Part shown: positions 45,087 to 54,330 of the stretch, one piece after another
How the letters are laid out: every line of letters begins with the position of its first letter
Numbering within the stretch: position 1 is the first letter of the stretch
DNA from: Gammaproteobacteria bacterium
GTDB lineage: Bacteria > Pseudomonadota > Gammaproteobacteria > Steroidobacterales > Woeseiaceae
DNA: 64,000 nucleotides
Assembly: GCA_029863305.1 (NCBI GenBank)
Contig: JAOTVR010000001.1
Coordinates: forward strand, 13,904-77,903
Reading direction: 5' to 3'
Program-made: the position numbers and the translations under genes
The notes under the pieces: generated by a model
Seen by the model: only the letters and a program-made list of their open reading frames with translations
Database searches by the model: none
Told to the model about the DNA's origin: nothing

Positions 45087-46114
45087 CTCGGACATTGCTC
45101 GCATCGCTGGCTCGCATCGCAGACTTCGACCGGAATCCTTACGATGTTCGCCCGCTGGACAAAGCCGGTTGGGCGAGCGGCGACTACGTGCTTGGCGAGG
45201 TATTCGGCGCGCGCAGTGAGTTGTATACCATCGAATCCTGTTCGGGCGAGATGTTACCCGTACAGGCTGGCGACCAGGTGATAGGCGCGCTTGGCGTGCG
45301 CGCCGGCACACTGGAGGGCGCCGGTGACTATGCCAGCGTTGAAAATGGAAACATGCAGGCACTGACGAATGCCGGGCTTTTCGGCGCCTTTACGTCGTTC
45401 TCCACGCTGCTGTCCAAGCCGATCTCGCTGCGCTATCGAGGTCACATTCTGCGCAATGACCGCAAAGTACAGATGCGCGACTTCGCCATCACCGGCGAAG
45501 CAGCGAGTTTTGCCGTACCGACGATCTTGCTCGTCGGCACCTCGATGTCGGCAGGCAAAACCCTTGCCGGAAGGCTGGCCTGCAAGTTGCTGTCATCAGC
45601 CGGATACAAGGTCATCGGCGCCAAATTGACCGGTGCCGGGCGTTACAAAGACATCGCGAGCTTCAAACGGCATGGCGCCTTTGAAATCTACGACTTCGTC
45701 GATGCCGGCCTGCCCTCGACGATCGCTCCCGAAGAGGAATATCGGGCTGCAATCAGGCCACTGCTGCAGTTGATCGCCGGACGCGAACCCGACTATCTCG
45801 TCGCCGAGGCCGGAGCGTCGCCACTCGAACCGTATAACGGTGCGGCAGCCATTGACGAGCTCGGTGACAAGGTATGTTGCACCATTTTGTGTGCTTCAGA
45901 TCCGTACGCCGTCGTCGGTGTGCAACAGGCGTTTGGCCTCACGCCTGACCTGGTCTCCGGCCCGGCGGCCAGCACCACTGCAGCGGTCGACCTGGTCAGG
46001 AAGCTCACCGGCCTCTCGGCAATCAACGTTCTCGATGCCGACGCAGAACGGAAATTTCGGAAATTTCTCGAGGCCACCCTCAAGATCTGTCTTTCCGAAC
46101 GACGAAGCGCCTGA
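45083..46114 (+). CDS. Uncharacterised two-domain protein: N-terminal beta-rich domain plus a C-terminal BioD/CobQ-style P-loop domain
   Basis: ATGA overlap with the M20 stop. Walker-A-like LLVGTSMSAGKT in the GT(D/S)xxxGKT style of the dethiobiotin-synthetase/CobQ/DUF1611 group (recollection). I recognise no other family signature. Confidence 0.55.
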   Translation: MTRTLLASLARIADFDRNPYDVRPLDKAGWASGDYVLGEVFGARSELYTIESCSGEMLPVQAGDQVIGALGVRAGTLEGAGDYASVENGNMQALTNAGLFGAFTSFSTLLSKPISLRYRGHILRNDRKVQMRDFAITGEAASFAVPTILLVGTSMSAGKTLAGRLACKLLSSAGYKVIGAKLTGAGRYKDIASFKRHGAFEIYDFVDAGLPSTIAPEEEYRAAIRPLLQLIAGREPDYLVAEAGASPLEPYNGAAAIDELGDKVCCTILCASDPYAVVGVQQAFGLTPDLVSGPAASTTAAVDLVRKLTGLSAINVLDADAERKFRKFLEATLKICLSERRSA

Positions 46115-47306
46115 ATATCACAATTGCCGCGATCATGCCGACGCTACACATCCCGGCCGTCGTCAGATAAATGTACTGATAACCCGCGATACCGGGGTAG
46201 CGGTCAAGCAGGACGCCACCGAGCACCGGCATGAAAACGTCCGGCGTAAAACCGATCGCCGACACGACGCCACCGGCCGTGCCGGTAACGGCCAATGGCA
46301 CACCGCCTTCTTCCAGCAAGGCGAAATAAATGCCGCGGAGTGCAAATATCGCCAGCGACGCGATCGCAACATTGACGAGCATTGCTGCGAACAAATGCGG
46401 GCTCGCGGGTGAGAACGAAAACGTCGCAAAGCTCGCGACCAGCACCACGAACAGGACGATCGTGGATTTCGCGATGCCGAAACGGTCGCCAACAAAACCG
46501 GCGATCAATGCAGCAAGCGGTTTTAACCACATCTTGCCGACGCTGACGGCGCCGGCAATCGCCGCGCTCATCAAGAACACATCATCCACGTACGGCGTGA
46601 AATAGAACGACGTCCAGTAGGCGGAATACGCCATCATCACAACGATCGAGATCAACCATACGATCGGCATCTTCAGTACTGCAATCACATCGGCCAGGCC
46701 AACTTTTGTGGCGGCAGGATCGACCTGGTTGGTGTCCTCTATCGTTACCCAGGACAAAATACCCAGCCCGATGATGACGCAGGAAAGCTGAATAATGACG
46801 ACGGACAAGGCTTTGTCGCCGCTGCCCAACCAGGCAAATACGGCGAGCAAGACCGAACTGGCTCCTATCTCACCAAAGCCGCGGGTCGTTTCGAGTATGC
46901 CAAACGCCCTGCCCTGCTGATCCGGCGGCGCCCAGCCGCGAGTGACGCGAATCATCGCACCCCAGAACAGCAGAGACATGGCGACACCCCAGCAGCCATG
47001 GATGACGAGACTGACCGTGTAACCGGGAAATGTCGAGAAATACAGGCCGAGGCCGCCGGTGACGAGCAGCGCGGACGTAATCAGCTTGCGTGGGGATACG
47101 CGGTCGGCAAGCCAGCCACCGGGAAAGTAACTGATCATCGACGTGAAACCGAATACGCTCATCAGTACGCCGGCCTCTGTGTTCGTCAGGCCGAACGCAG
47201 CCATCATCGGCTTGTAATAGACCTCGCGCAGGAACGGCAGCAGAAAAATGATGCCGCCCGAAAGACCCAGCACGATCATCACGACCCAGCGTCTTGCAGC
47301 CGACAT
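46080..47306 (-). CDS. MFS transporter
   Basis: 12 hydrophobic spans, an MFS loop GWLADRVSPRK and a second-half GFVGDRFG motif. The 3' end overlaps the convergent gene by 35 nt. Confidence 0.85.
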   Translation of the reverse strand: MSAARRWVVMIVLGLSGGIIFLLPFLREVYYKPMMAAFGLTNTEAGVLMSVFGFTSMISYFPGGWLADRVSPRKLITSALLVTGGLGLYFSTFPGYTVSLVIHGCWGVAMSLLFWGAMIRVTRGWAPPDQQGRAFGILETTRGFGEIGASSVLLAVFAWLGSGDKALSVVIIQLSCVIIGLGILSWVTIEDTNQVDPAATKVGLADVIAVLKMPIVWLISIVVMMAYSAYWTSFYFTPYVDDVFLMSAAIAGAVSVGKMWLKPLAALIAGFVGDRFGIAKSTIVLFVVLVASFATFSFSPASPHLFAAMLVNVAIASLAIFALRGIYFALLEEGGVPLAVTGTAGGVVSAIGFTPDVFMPVLGGVLLDRYPGIAGYQYIYLTTAGMCSVGMIAAIVIFRRFVVRKDRS

Positions 47307-47450
47307 TTCATCCCCTTATTGATGTTACACAGGCTGTTCGGCCGAGGATTATCGTCCTCATGAATTCATCACGGGATCCTCAGGATTTCAGCACCACATC
47401 CGGCATCATAACTATTCAGTGATTGTTATGCTCAACGCGGAGGTGATCAC

Positions 47451-48290
47451 ATGAAATGTCGAATTCTCCTTACCGTACTATTAATCACTCTGCTGTCCGG
47501 CTGCGCATCATTTTGGCTCGGGCCCGGTCATGAAAAGACCCGTGAAGGGGCCTCGAGCAGTCTTGTCGACTATCTGTATCCCGACGGAGAGATACCACCT
47601 GCCGTCACAGGCAGCCTGCCTTATATCAGTCTGCCGGTACGCGTCGGCATCGCGTTTGTACCATCGCGAAATCGTGAAGACATTTCGGCGGCGGAAAAAC
47701 AGCAGTTGATGGAACACGTCGCTGACGCGTTTCGCGATCGTGACTACGTGGAATCGATCGAGACGATCCCCGACACCTATATGAGGACGGCCAGGGGTGT
47801 TCAGGGCATGCAACAAGTTGCCGCGCTGTACGGTGTCGACATCATGGCGCTGGTTTCCTATGACCAAATATCCTTTTCGGGCGAACGCGACAGCGCATTG
47901 CTGTATTGGACAATCATTGGCGTCCTAACGGTCAAGGGAAACACAAACGAAGTCCAGACCATGATCGACACGGCCGTGTTCGACGTGGCAACAGCCAAAT
48001 TGTTGTTTCGTGCGCCGGGCATTCACCATGACCAGCGAAATGCGACGTTGCTGGAAAGCGGCAAGGACTTGCGAAAATTGCGCAGTTCCGGCTTTGTTGC
48101 CGCAACCGATGACATGATCGTCAACCTGGATCAGGAACTGGAAGATTTTCGCGAGGAGGTGCAAAGTGGACAGCGCGCCCAGGTCGAATGGCGCCCCGGC
48201 TCTGGCGGGAGCGGCAGCGTAACCTTGCCGCTGCTTGCGCTGCTAGTTCTCGCGACCGTTGTGCGCAAGCTCGCGGGTGGGGCGAGTTAA
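47451..48290 (+). CDS. Lipoprotein with C-terminal GlyGly-CTERM sorting signal (rhombotarget-lipoprotein-like)
   Basis: N-terminal lipobox LLSGC. C-terminus PGSGGSGSVTLPLLALLVLATVVRKL is a Gly/Ser-rich motif followed by a TM helix and basic residues, which is the rhombosortase-substrate architecture. Confidence 0.65.
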   Translation: MKCRILLTVLLITLLSGCASFWLGPGHEKTREGASSSLVDYLYPDGEIPPAVTGSLPYISLPVRVGIAFVPSRNREDISAAEKQQLMEHVADAFRDRDYVESIETIPDTYMRTARGVQGMQQVAALYGVDIMALVSYDQISFSGERDSALLYWTIIGVLTVKGNTNEVQTMIDTAVFDVATAKLLFRAPGIHHDQRNATLLESGKDLRKLRSSGFVAATDDMIVNLDQELEDFREEVQSGQRAQVEWRPGSGGSGSVTLPLLALLVLATVVRKLAGGAS

Positions 48291-49484
48291 CCATTTATCA
48301 GCCGTTGCCGGCGGTGCCGACAGCGTATCGAGAAATGCCTCGAGCTGCCGCAATTCGCGGCGACCAAGCCGCAATGGCTTTGTCTCGTTGTGGCCAATCA
48401 TCGCCAGCGGCGCCTCATTGTAGTGTTGCAGAACCTCGGCAAGCGTTTCGATCTGGCCCTTGTGCATGTACGGCGCAGTATTCTCGAGGTTACGCAGCGA
48501 TGGCGTGCGAAATGCGCCGATCAGCTCTGCGCCGGTGCGAGCGAATTCGAGTTCCGCGCAGTCGGCTACAGCCGCGTCACTGAATTCACCTCGGCAGTTG
48601 AACGGGTCGGCCAGCACCTCGCGCACCCCCGCAACCCTGCCTTTGTCGGGCACCTCCCCCGGGAAAGAAATGACGCCCGTATTGTGAAACTCGTGGTTTG
48701 TCATCAGCGGCCCGTTGTGACACTGCGTGCAGTTCGCCTCACCGATGAACAAGCGTAAACCCATCACTTCGTCATCCGAAAATAACGCGGCATGCGGTTT
48801 GTGCTCGCCTGCCACTACTGCCGCGACATAGTCGTCAAATCGCGAACGTCCGGGCAGTAGCAGGCGCTCGTAGGCAGCAATGGATTTACCGATATTTGTG
48901 AACACTTCGTCGACGGCGGGGCTGCCCGACAGGGCAGGAAATTTGCCGAAGACTGCTTCATACATCTCACGGTAACTCGACTCGGACGCTATGAATGCGG
49001 CGTACTGTTCGCGTTTGCCGCCGTGCTCTGCCGGGTCTTCGAGCGGCGAGAGCGCCTGCGACCACAGATTGTCCTTGCGGCCGTCCCAGTAGAGCCATGG
49101 GCTATGTGCGGCGCCGATGATGCTGGGCGTATTGCGTTTGGACATGCCTATGCCCTGACCTTTTGCCAAACCATCCGTAAACCGCCGCTCTGGCTGATGG
49201 CAGGTCGCGCAGGAGATAGTGCCCGTGCCGCTCAATCGCGGTTCGAAAAACAGATGCTGTCCGAATTCGGCGGCGAGCGGATCGTCCGCCACTGCGTTGC
49301 TCGGATCTCGCGGTGCCGGTGGCAAGCTCTCGATCCATAGCGATCGCAGTATATCGATTTCGGCATCTGTCCAGGTTTCAGGACCGGCGGGCCGCAACTG
49401 CATCCATGCGAGCATCAGCACTATCAGCGACGTCAGGACAACACCGCTGCCGACCATCCGGACTTTTCCCGGTCGAAACCTCAC
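48243..49484 (-). CDS. Di-haem cytochrome c peroxidase / MauG-family protein
   Basis: Two CxxCH motifs (CATCHQ, CTQCHN), FRTPSLRN and APYMHKGQ. GTG start overlapping the upstream stop (GTGA). Confidence 0.85.
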   Translation of the reverse strand: MRFRPGKVRMVGSGVVLTSLIVLMLAWMQLRPAGPETWTDAEIDILRSLWIESLPPAPRDPSNAVADDPLAAEFGQHLFFEPRLSGTGTISCATCHQPERRFTDGLAKGQGIGMSKRNTPSIIGAAHSPWLYWDGRKDNLWSQALSPLEDPAEHGGKREQYAAFIASESSYREMYEAVFGKFPALSGSPAVDEVFTNIGKSIAAYERLLLPGRSRFDDYVAAVVAGEHKPHAALFSDDEVMGLRLFIGEANCTQCHNGPLMTNHEFHNTGVISFPGEVPDKGRVAGVREVLADPFNCRGEFSDAAVADCAELEFARTGAELIGAFRTPSLRNLENTAPYMHKGQIETLAEVLQHYNEAPLAMIGHNETKPLRLGRRELRQLEAFLDTLSAPPATADKWLTRPTRELAHNGREN

Positions 49485-50503
49485 AGACTCAGCAACACAA
49501 GCACGGTATCAGTCTTGCCGTCCGCCTCGATGGTGATCGCAACCTCCCAGTCGCCGCGCATGTGGAATCGCATGCCTTCCAGCCGGTAGTCGCCGTCGCC
49601 AAGTTCCTCTGTGACGCGTGGTCTGGTCGGCAGACCGTGATCGTGTGCCGGCATTCCGCCCACAACGGATAGCACGGCGTCCGTCACGGCCTGCCCATGC
49701 GCTGTGACGTGCAGAGTCCAGCTGTGGATTCGATTGATCTCGATCGGTACCAGCGAACTTTCGAAGCTGACCTCGTAGATACCCCTGGCCGATACCCATT
49801 CGCCGGCGGCATCGGCGCTCGATTTTCCGCTCCACATCATCGGCACGGTCAGCACGAGCAGCAGTGACGAGGCGCGGATGTTCCGATCGCGCGGCTTGCG
49901 GCCGTCACGCCAGTGGGCGAAACGTCCGCTCATTATGAAATACTGAACCTGGATAGCCAGCAACAACACGATGAAAAGCGGCCAGTAACCATAGCCGGTA
50001 AAACCAACTTCGAATGGAAAAACAGCTCGGTAAATCTGATGCTCGCCGTCGACATTTGCCGTGACAATTCCTATGTATTCTCCTTCTTCGGTGAATTCAT
50101 GAACGACGGAGAGGACGTCGGGATCTATGCTCGGCTCGCGGTAGAAGACCGTCGCGCCTTGCAGATCCTCGATTTCAGCAACATCTTCCCATCTCGCGAA
50201 TCGTCCTTTGCCGGTAACGTCGTGAATGATGCGAAAGTCCACAGCTGCATCGGCGAGGCTTTCGTGAAGATATTCCATGATGAAGACTGTTTCGGTAGCG
50301 CTGGGCAAATCCTCACAATAATCCTCATGCCCGGTCCTGCGCGGCTGAAAAATTTTGAAATGGCCACGCAAATAATTGACCTTGATGACACAGAGGTCAT
50401 CTTCCTCGACAACGCCGCCATGTGCACAGGCCTGCTGCTGCAGGTGTCCGGTCAACAGCACGAGTGTTGTGAGCAGAATAATTGGGGTGCGGATCATCGT
50501 CAT
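49481..50503 (-). CDS. Bipartite membrane protein: signal peptide, periplasmic domain, two TM helices, then a YtkA/FixH-like C-terminal domain
   Basis: LLTTLVLLTGHLQQQACAHG signal. TM spans YWPLFIVLLLAIQVQYFIM and SSLLLVLTVPMMW. The C-terminal string SWTLHVTAHGQAV...GGMPAHDHG...MRFHMRGDWEV resembles YtkA-type domains (recollection). Confidence 0.55.
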   Translation of the reverse strand: MTMIRTPIILLTTLVLLTGHLQQQACAHGGVVEEDDLCVIKVNYLRGHFKIFQPRRTGHEDYCEDLPSATETVFIMEYLHESLADAAVDFRIIHDVTGKGRFARWEDVAEIEDLQGATVFYREPSIDPDVLSVVHEFTEEGEYIGIVTANVDGEHQIYRAVFPFEVGFTGYGYWPLFIVLLLAIQVQYFIMSGRFAHWRDGRKPRDRNIRASSLLLVLTVPMMWSGKSSADAAGEWVSARGIYEVSFESSLVPIEINRIHSWTLHVTAHGQAVTDAVLSVVGGMPAHDHGLPTRPRVTEELGDGDYRLEGMRFHMRGDWEVAITIEADGKTDTVLVLLSL

Positions 50504-50576
50504 AGGATTTTAATGCAGTATTTCCGTGTCGTATGCGGTCCAAGACCGGGTTGAACGTTCTATTGGGGGCTAACGC

Positions 50577-51134
50577 ATGGCCGTCAGGCATCTGATCATA
50601 ACCACAAGTTGTCTTCTTATCGCCTCATCCGGCATCGCCGCGGATTCAAATCTGCCGTTCGGTAGTGACGAAGCCTGCATGCAAGGCCCGTTGGCACAAT
50701 TCGGGCGCTACATCGGCGACTGGAAGATCGAAGACAGCCGTTTGTCGCAGGACGGCTCGGGCTGGCAGGATGGCACCGGGGCTCGCTGGATCTTCTCCTG
50801 TCTGGGCGACGGCACCGCGATTCAGGACTTCTGGCTTCCGCCCGACGGCAATGTCGGTACTAACCTGCGGACCTACAACGCGGAAACGGACAGGTGGGAC
50901 ATTGCCTGGGCGATCAATACAGCACCCGGATTTTCACACATCCAGGCCGAACAGGACCCGTTGGGCAATATCGTTATGCACTACGTTGCGCCGGTTCCCA
51001 GCCCGTTACGACGCATCACGTTCTTTCCACCCGATGACGATGGCTGGAATTGGCAACTCGAATTTTCTGCCGACGGCGGCGAAACCTGGTTCGCCGTCTA
51101 CCGCATACACGCGACCCCGTTCACTCCAGACTAA
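50577..51134 (+). CDS. Secreted hypothetical protein
   Basis: Signal peptide LLIASSGIAAD. Trp/Asp-rich beta-type body. No catalytic motif recognised. Confidence 0.55.
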   Translation: MAVRHLIITTSCLLIASSGIAADSNLPFGSDEACMQGPLAQFGRYIGDWKIEDSRLSQDGSGWQDGTGARWIFSCLGDGTAIQDFWLPPDGNVGTNLRTYNAETDRWDIAWAINTAPGFSHIQAEQDPLGNIVMHYVAPVPSPLRRITFFPPDDDGWNWQLEFSADGGETWFAVYRIHATPFTPD

Positions 51135-51945
51135 AGCGCGCGACGGTACAGCCGACGGCAAAAATGGGTAGCTCCGGCGTGTAGAACTGCAACTCGCCTT
51201 GTCCGGCAGCGGCAGCGGCAGTGGCTATATATGTGCGAATCTCGAAGCCCCCCTGCCCGCCATCGCGGTAGGTTTCTTCGTCGGTGTAATCGAGCAGTGC
51301 CTGCTTGTCATTGCGCATCAGCCGATCGAGAAAATCTCGATCCCAGGCCTCGTTGATCTTTCCTGAGTCCGGTGTGGCAGGCCAGTGTGAAATTCCACCC
51401 GTGCCAACCAGGGCGATCTTTTCGGGAACAGAGTCGCATGCACGCCGTATGGCCTCGCCAAAAGCCCATGCCCGATGTAACGGCGTAAGGGGTGGGCCCT
51501 GGCAGTTGATGTTCACGGGAATGATCGGCATGTCGTATTTCGGTGTCAGGAAATGCAGCGGCACCATAATGCCGTGATCGAATTTCCATTCCTCTGCATA
51601 AGCGACGTCGACCGTTTGCATGATCTCACGAGTCAAACGCCTGCCGAGATCCGGTGCTCCGGGCACGTCCGTTTTCGGAATCCCGAGCCAGTCGGGATCC
51701 TCGATCGGCCCGGAATATTTCTCGCCGAAGCCGATGCAAAACGCCGGCATATTGTTCATAAAGAAGTTGGCGAAGTGCTCTGCAGCCATGACGATCAGCG
51801 CTTCTGCACCGGTCGCCTCGATTTCCCGACGCTGCTGATCGAGCTTGCCGTAGAACTCATCTCGCCTGGCGGTATTCTTCACGAGATCGGCACGGCCCGT
51901 GATGCCCGGTGCATGACTCAGCACGCCTGCATAAACGAGGCTCAT
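51121..51945 (-). CDS. Class-III extradiol ring-cleavage dioxygenase, catalytic LigB-type subunit
   Basis: Start at MSLVYAGVLSHAPGI. Its ATG shares 1 nt with the LigA-like stop (TAATG). EHFANFF, FDHGIMVPLHFL and GTGGISHWP are LigB-family strings. Confidence 0.85.
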   Translation of the reverse strand: MSLVYAGVLSHAPGITGRADLVKNTARRDEFYGKLDQQRREIEATGAEALIVMAAEHFANFFMNNMPAFCIGFGEKYSGPIEDPDWLGIPKTDVPGAPDLGRRLTREIMQTVDVAYAEEWKFDHGIMVPLHFLTPKYDMPIIPVNINCQGPPLTPLHRAWAFGEAIRRACDSVPEKIALVGTGGISHWPATPDSGKINEAWDRDFLDRLMRNDKQALLDYTDEETYRDGGQGGFEIRTYIATAAAAAGQGELQFYTPELPIFAVGCTVARFSLE

Positions 51946-52277
51946 TATCGTGAGTCCTCCTCTGTGAAACTGTCTCCACCGCCCGTCATCGCGTAAACAC
52001 CCGCACGCACAGGTCCATGTTGCCTGATTCCCTGGCGCATCAGTTCGAGGTAATCGAACCACTCGATACCGAGAAAGGCGGCAAAGTGCATCAGTATCTG
52101 ACCATTAACCCCGAGTACGTAAAGCAAACCGATATCTCCATCCCTGAGGGCAGTCTGCTCTTCGTCGGTGAGATCGAATTTCTCGAGTAGCGCGTCCATG
52201 TCGTCTCTGCATTGCTTCTGTACCGCTTCATCGCGATTGAGTTCGTACAAGAATTTCTGCAGAGAATAGAGACTCAT
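51945..52277 (-). CDS. LigA-type small subunit of extradiol dioxygenase
   Basis: 110 aa. The sequence MSLYSLQKFLYELNRDEAVQKQCRDD...LTDEEQTALRDGDIGLLYVLGVNGQILMHF is typical of LigA-family small subunits. It overlaps the ALDH stop by 4 nt. Confidence 0.7.
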   Translation of the reverse strand: MSLYSLQKFLYELNRDEAVQKQCRDDMDALLEKFDLTDEEQTALRDGDIGLLYVLGVNGQILMHFAAFLGIEWFDYLELMRQGIRQHGPVRAGVYAMTGGGDSFTEEDSR

Positions 52278-53788
52278 GACTTACCCAGCGCAGGAATGTT
52301 GTGAGATCCCAGCGCAACGCAGATGTTCTTCGTTTCCATGTAAAACTCGAAGCTGTAGTCACCACCATCGCGACCGATGCCGCTGGCTTTCATGCCGCCA
52401 AACGGTGACGGCAGATGGCGATTATTCTCAGAATTGACCCAGATCATGCCCGCGTCAAGGTTTCTTGCCATACGATGCCCACGACCGATGTCGTTGGTCC
52501 AGACATAAGCAGCGAGGCCGTATTGGCTGTCGTTTGCGATCTCCAGTGCCTCGGCTTCATCCTTGAAGGAAATTGCCGTCAGCACCGGACCGAAAATCTC
52601 CTGTTGTGCGATACGCATGTCATTGCTCGCCTGCGTAAACAACGTCGGTCTGACGAAGTTCCCGTTCCCGTCAATTGCGCTTCCGCCAGCTGCTATCCGC
52701 GCGCCATCCTCGACCGCCGCCTCGAAATAGCTGCAGACCTTGTCGAAATGGCGTCGATGGATCAGTGGTCCTATTTCCGTCGCGGGATCCAGCGGGTGTC
52801 CGACATTGAGTCTGCCGATCCGCTCGACCAGCTTCGCAGTGAACTCCTCTTGAATCGATTCCTGCACGAGCAGCCGGCTTGACGATGTGCAGCGCTCGCC
52901 GTTCAGGCTGTAAATCATGAATACGACCGCGTCGAGGGCACGTTCCAGGTCTGCATCATCGAATACGATGACCGGGTTCTTGCCACCCAGTTCAAAGTGC
53001 ACGCGCTTCAAAGTATCGGCCCCCTGGCGCATGATATGACTGCCCGTCGTCGATTCACCGACGAAAGCTATGGCCTTGATCGCCGGATGCTCGGTCAGCG
53101 TTTTGCCCGCATCCTCGCCCAGCCCCTGCACGCAGTTGAGCACGCCGTCGGGCAGGCCGGCATCGTGTGCAATCTCCGCCAGCATCATGGCCGTGTAAGG
53201 CGACCACTCCGCCGGTTTGTGCACGACTGTGCAACCGGCCGCAAGCGCCGGTGCGATCTTCCAGGTCGACAGCATGAATGGTGTATTCCATGGCGTGATG
53301 ACGCCGACCGGACCAATTGGCTGACGAATGGAATAGTTAATATGCTCGTCCGCCGGTAGTGATTGACCGTCCCGTGCAGCTGGCGCCATGTCGGCAAAAA
53401 ACCGGAAATTTGCCGCAGCACGGATTGCCGCCTTGCTCATGAACCTGAGCGGTTGACCTGAGTCGTAACTTTCGACCAGCGCTATGTCGTTGGCGTTGTC
53501 CACGATCGCGTCGGCAACTTTGTGCAGCAACTTTTTGCGCACATTGCCGGGCAGCCCGCGCCATTCCCCGAATGCGGCCTCGGCGGCCTGGCATGCCGCG
53601 TCGATATCGTCGGCATTACCTGCCGCGATCGTGCCGATAGTGCTGTTGTCCACGGGAGTATAAGCGGCAAACGTCTTTCCGGAGCGACCGGCATCGCGCC
53701 TGCCGTTGATGAAGTGTGGCAGTGTTTCCGCTTGCAGTGGCTCCAGTAACTTTTCAATGCTCTGCAAATTCTTGTCAAGCTCTGACAT
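52274..53788 (-). CDS. NAD-dependent aldehyde dehydrogenase (hydroxymuconic-semialdehyde / CHMS dehydrogenase-like)
   Basis: FELGGKNPVIVF, catalytic-Cys region NGERCTSSSRLLV, and PFGGMKASGIGRDGG. Confidence 0.9.
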   Translation of the reverse strand: MSELDKNLQSIEKLLEPLQAETLPHFINGRRDAGRSGKTFAAYTPVDNSTIGTIAAGNADDIDAACQAAEAAFGEWRGLPGNVRKKLLHKVADAIVDNANDIALVESYDSGQPLRFMSKAAIRAAANFRFFADMAPAARDGQSLPADEHINYSIRQPIGPVGVITPWNTPFMLSTWKIAPALAAGCTVVHKPAEWSPYTAMMLAEIAHDAGLPDGVLNCVQGLGEDAGKTLTEHPAIKAIAFVGESTTGSHIMRQGADTLKRVHFELGGKNPVIVFDDADLERALDAVVFMIYSLNGERCTSSSRLLVQESIQEEFTAKLVERIGRLNVGHPLDPATEIGPLIHRRHFDKVCSYFEAAVEDGARIAAGGSAIDGNGNFVRPTLFTQASNDMRIAQQEIFGPVLTAISFKDEAEALEIANDSQYGLAAYVWTNDIGRGHRMARNLDAGMIWVNSENNRHLPSPFGGMKASGIGRDGGDYSFEFYMETKNICVALGSHNIPALGKS

Positions 53789-53819
53789 GTCTGGTTTCCT
53801 CCGGTCTGGCCGGTCTTGA

Positions 53820-54221
53820 TTAGGTATCTTGCTCGGCGCGCTGCGCGAGGTACTCGCGGATGTTGCTCCGCTTCCAACGAACCTCGGTTTCTATTTCCTG
53901 AACTTCGTAAGAGAGCGATAGCGGCCGACAATTGAATATTGGCTCGACAAAATCGGAGAGCGTCTTGAATAATTGCGCACCGGCGTGCTGACGAACCTCC
54001 AGCGATCGTCCTGCAGCAATACGCAGCGTCACGCTGATGAATGCGTTGTCCGGGTGACCATCGGCAATTCGGTAGTGATCGCGCCGCACCGCGCGTGTCC
54101 GGATACCGCCGATCGGCAGCGCATCAATGTCGACAGCGCTCTGGTGCAATGCTGCGACGAGCTCGTCGATGCTGAAATCAGCGTCGAGATTCGCTGAGTA
54201 TTCAATGATTTGATGTGGCAT
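53820..54221 (-). CDS. hpcD: 5-carboxymethyl-2-hydroxymuconate isomerase
   Basis: Start at MPHQIIEYSANL, the hallmark N-terminus (catalytic Pro after Met). About 133 aa. Confidence 0.8.
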   Translation of the reverse strand: MPHQIIEYSANLDADFSIDELVAALHQSAVDIDALPIGGIRTRAVRRDHYRIADGHPDNAFISVTLRIAAGRSLEVRQHAGAQLFKTLSDFVEPIFNCRPLSLSYEVQEIETEVRWKRSNIREYLAQRAEQDT

Positions 54222-54252
54222 CGCATCGCGCCCCAAAGCCATTTGAAGTTAA

Positions 54253-54264
54253 TTAACGTGTTAA
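54253..54264. promoter_or_regulatory. Inverted repeat TTAAC-gt-GTTAA, overlapping a TTAATTAA palindrome, in the divergent promoter region of the meta-cleavage cluster
   Basis: Seen in the 109-nt AT-richer gap between hpcD (-) and the DHDPS-like gene (+). This is a candidate MarR/HpaR site. Confidence 0.35.
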
Positions 54265-54330
54265 GTATACTGCCGGTGTCGCAGGCGTCAAGTCGCGATA
54301 CATCTGAACAGGTTACAGGGAACAGACACG

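Noticed and set aside
44028-45362. 444-aa ORF on the - strand
   Set aside because: It is antisense to the M20 peptidase and P-loop genes, which have clear motifs. Its composition is Arg/Cys/Gln-rich and non-protein-like. Shadow ORF.
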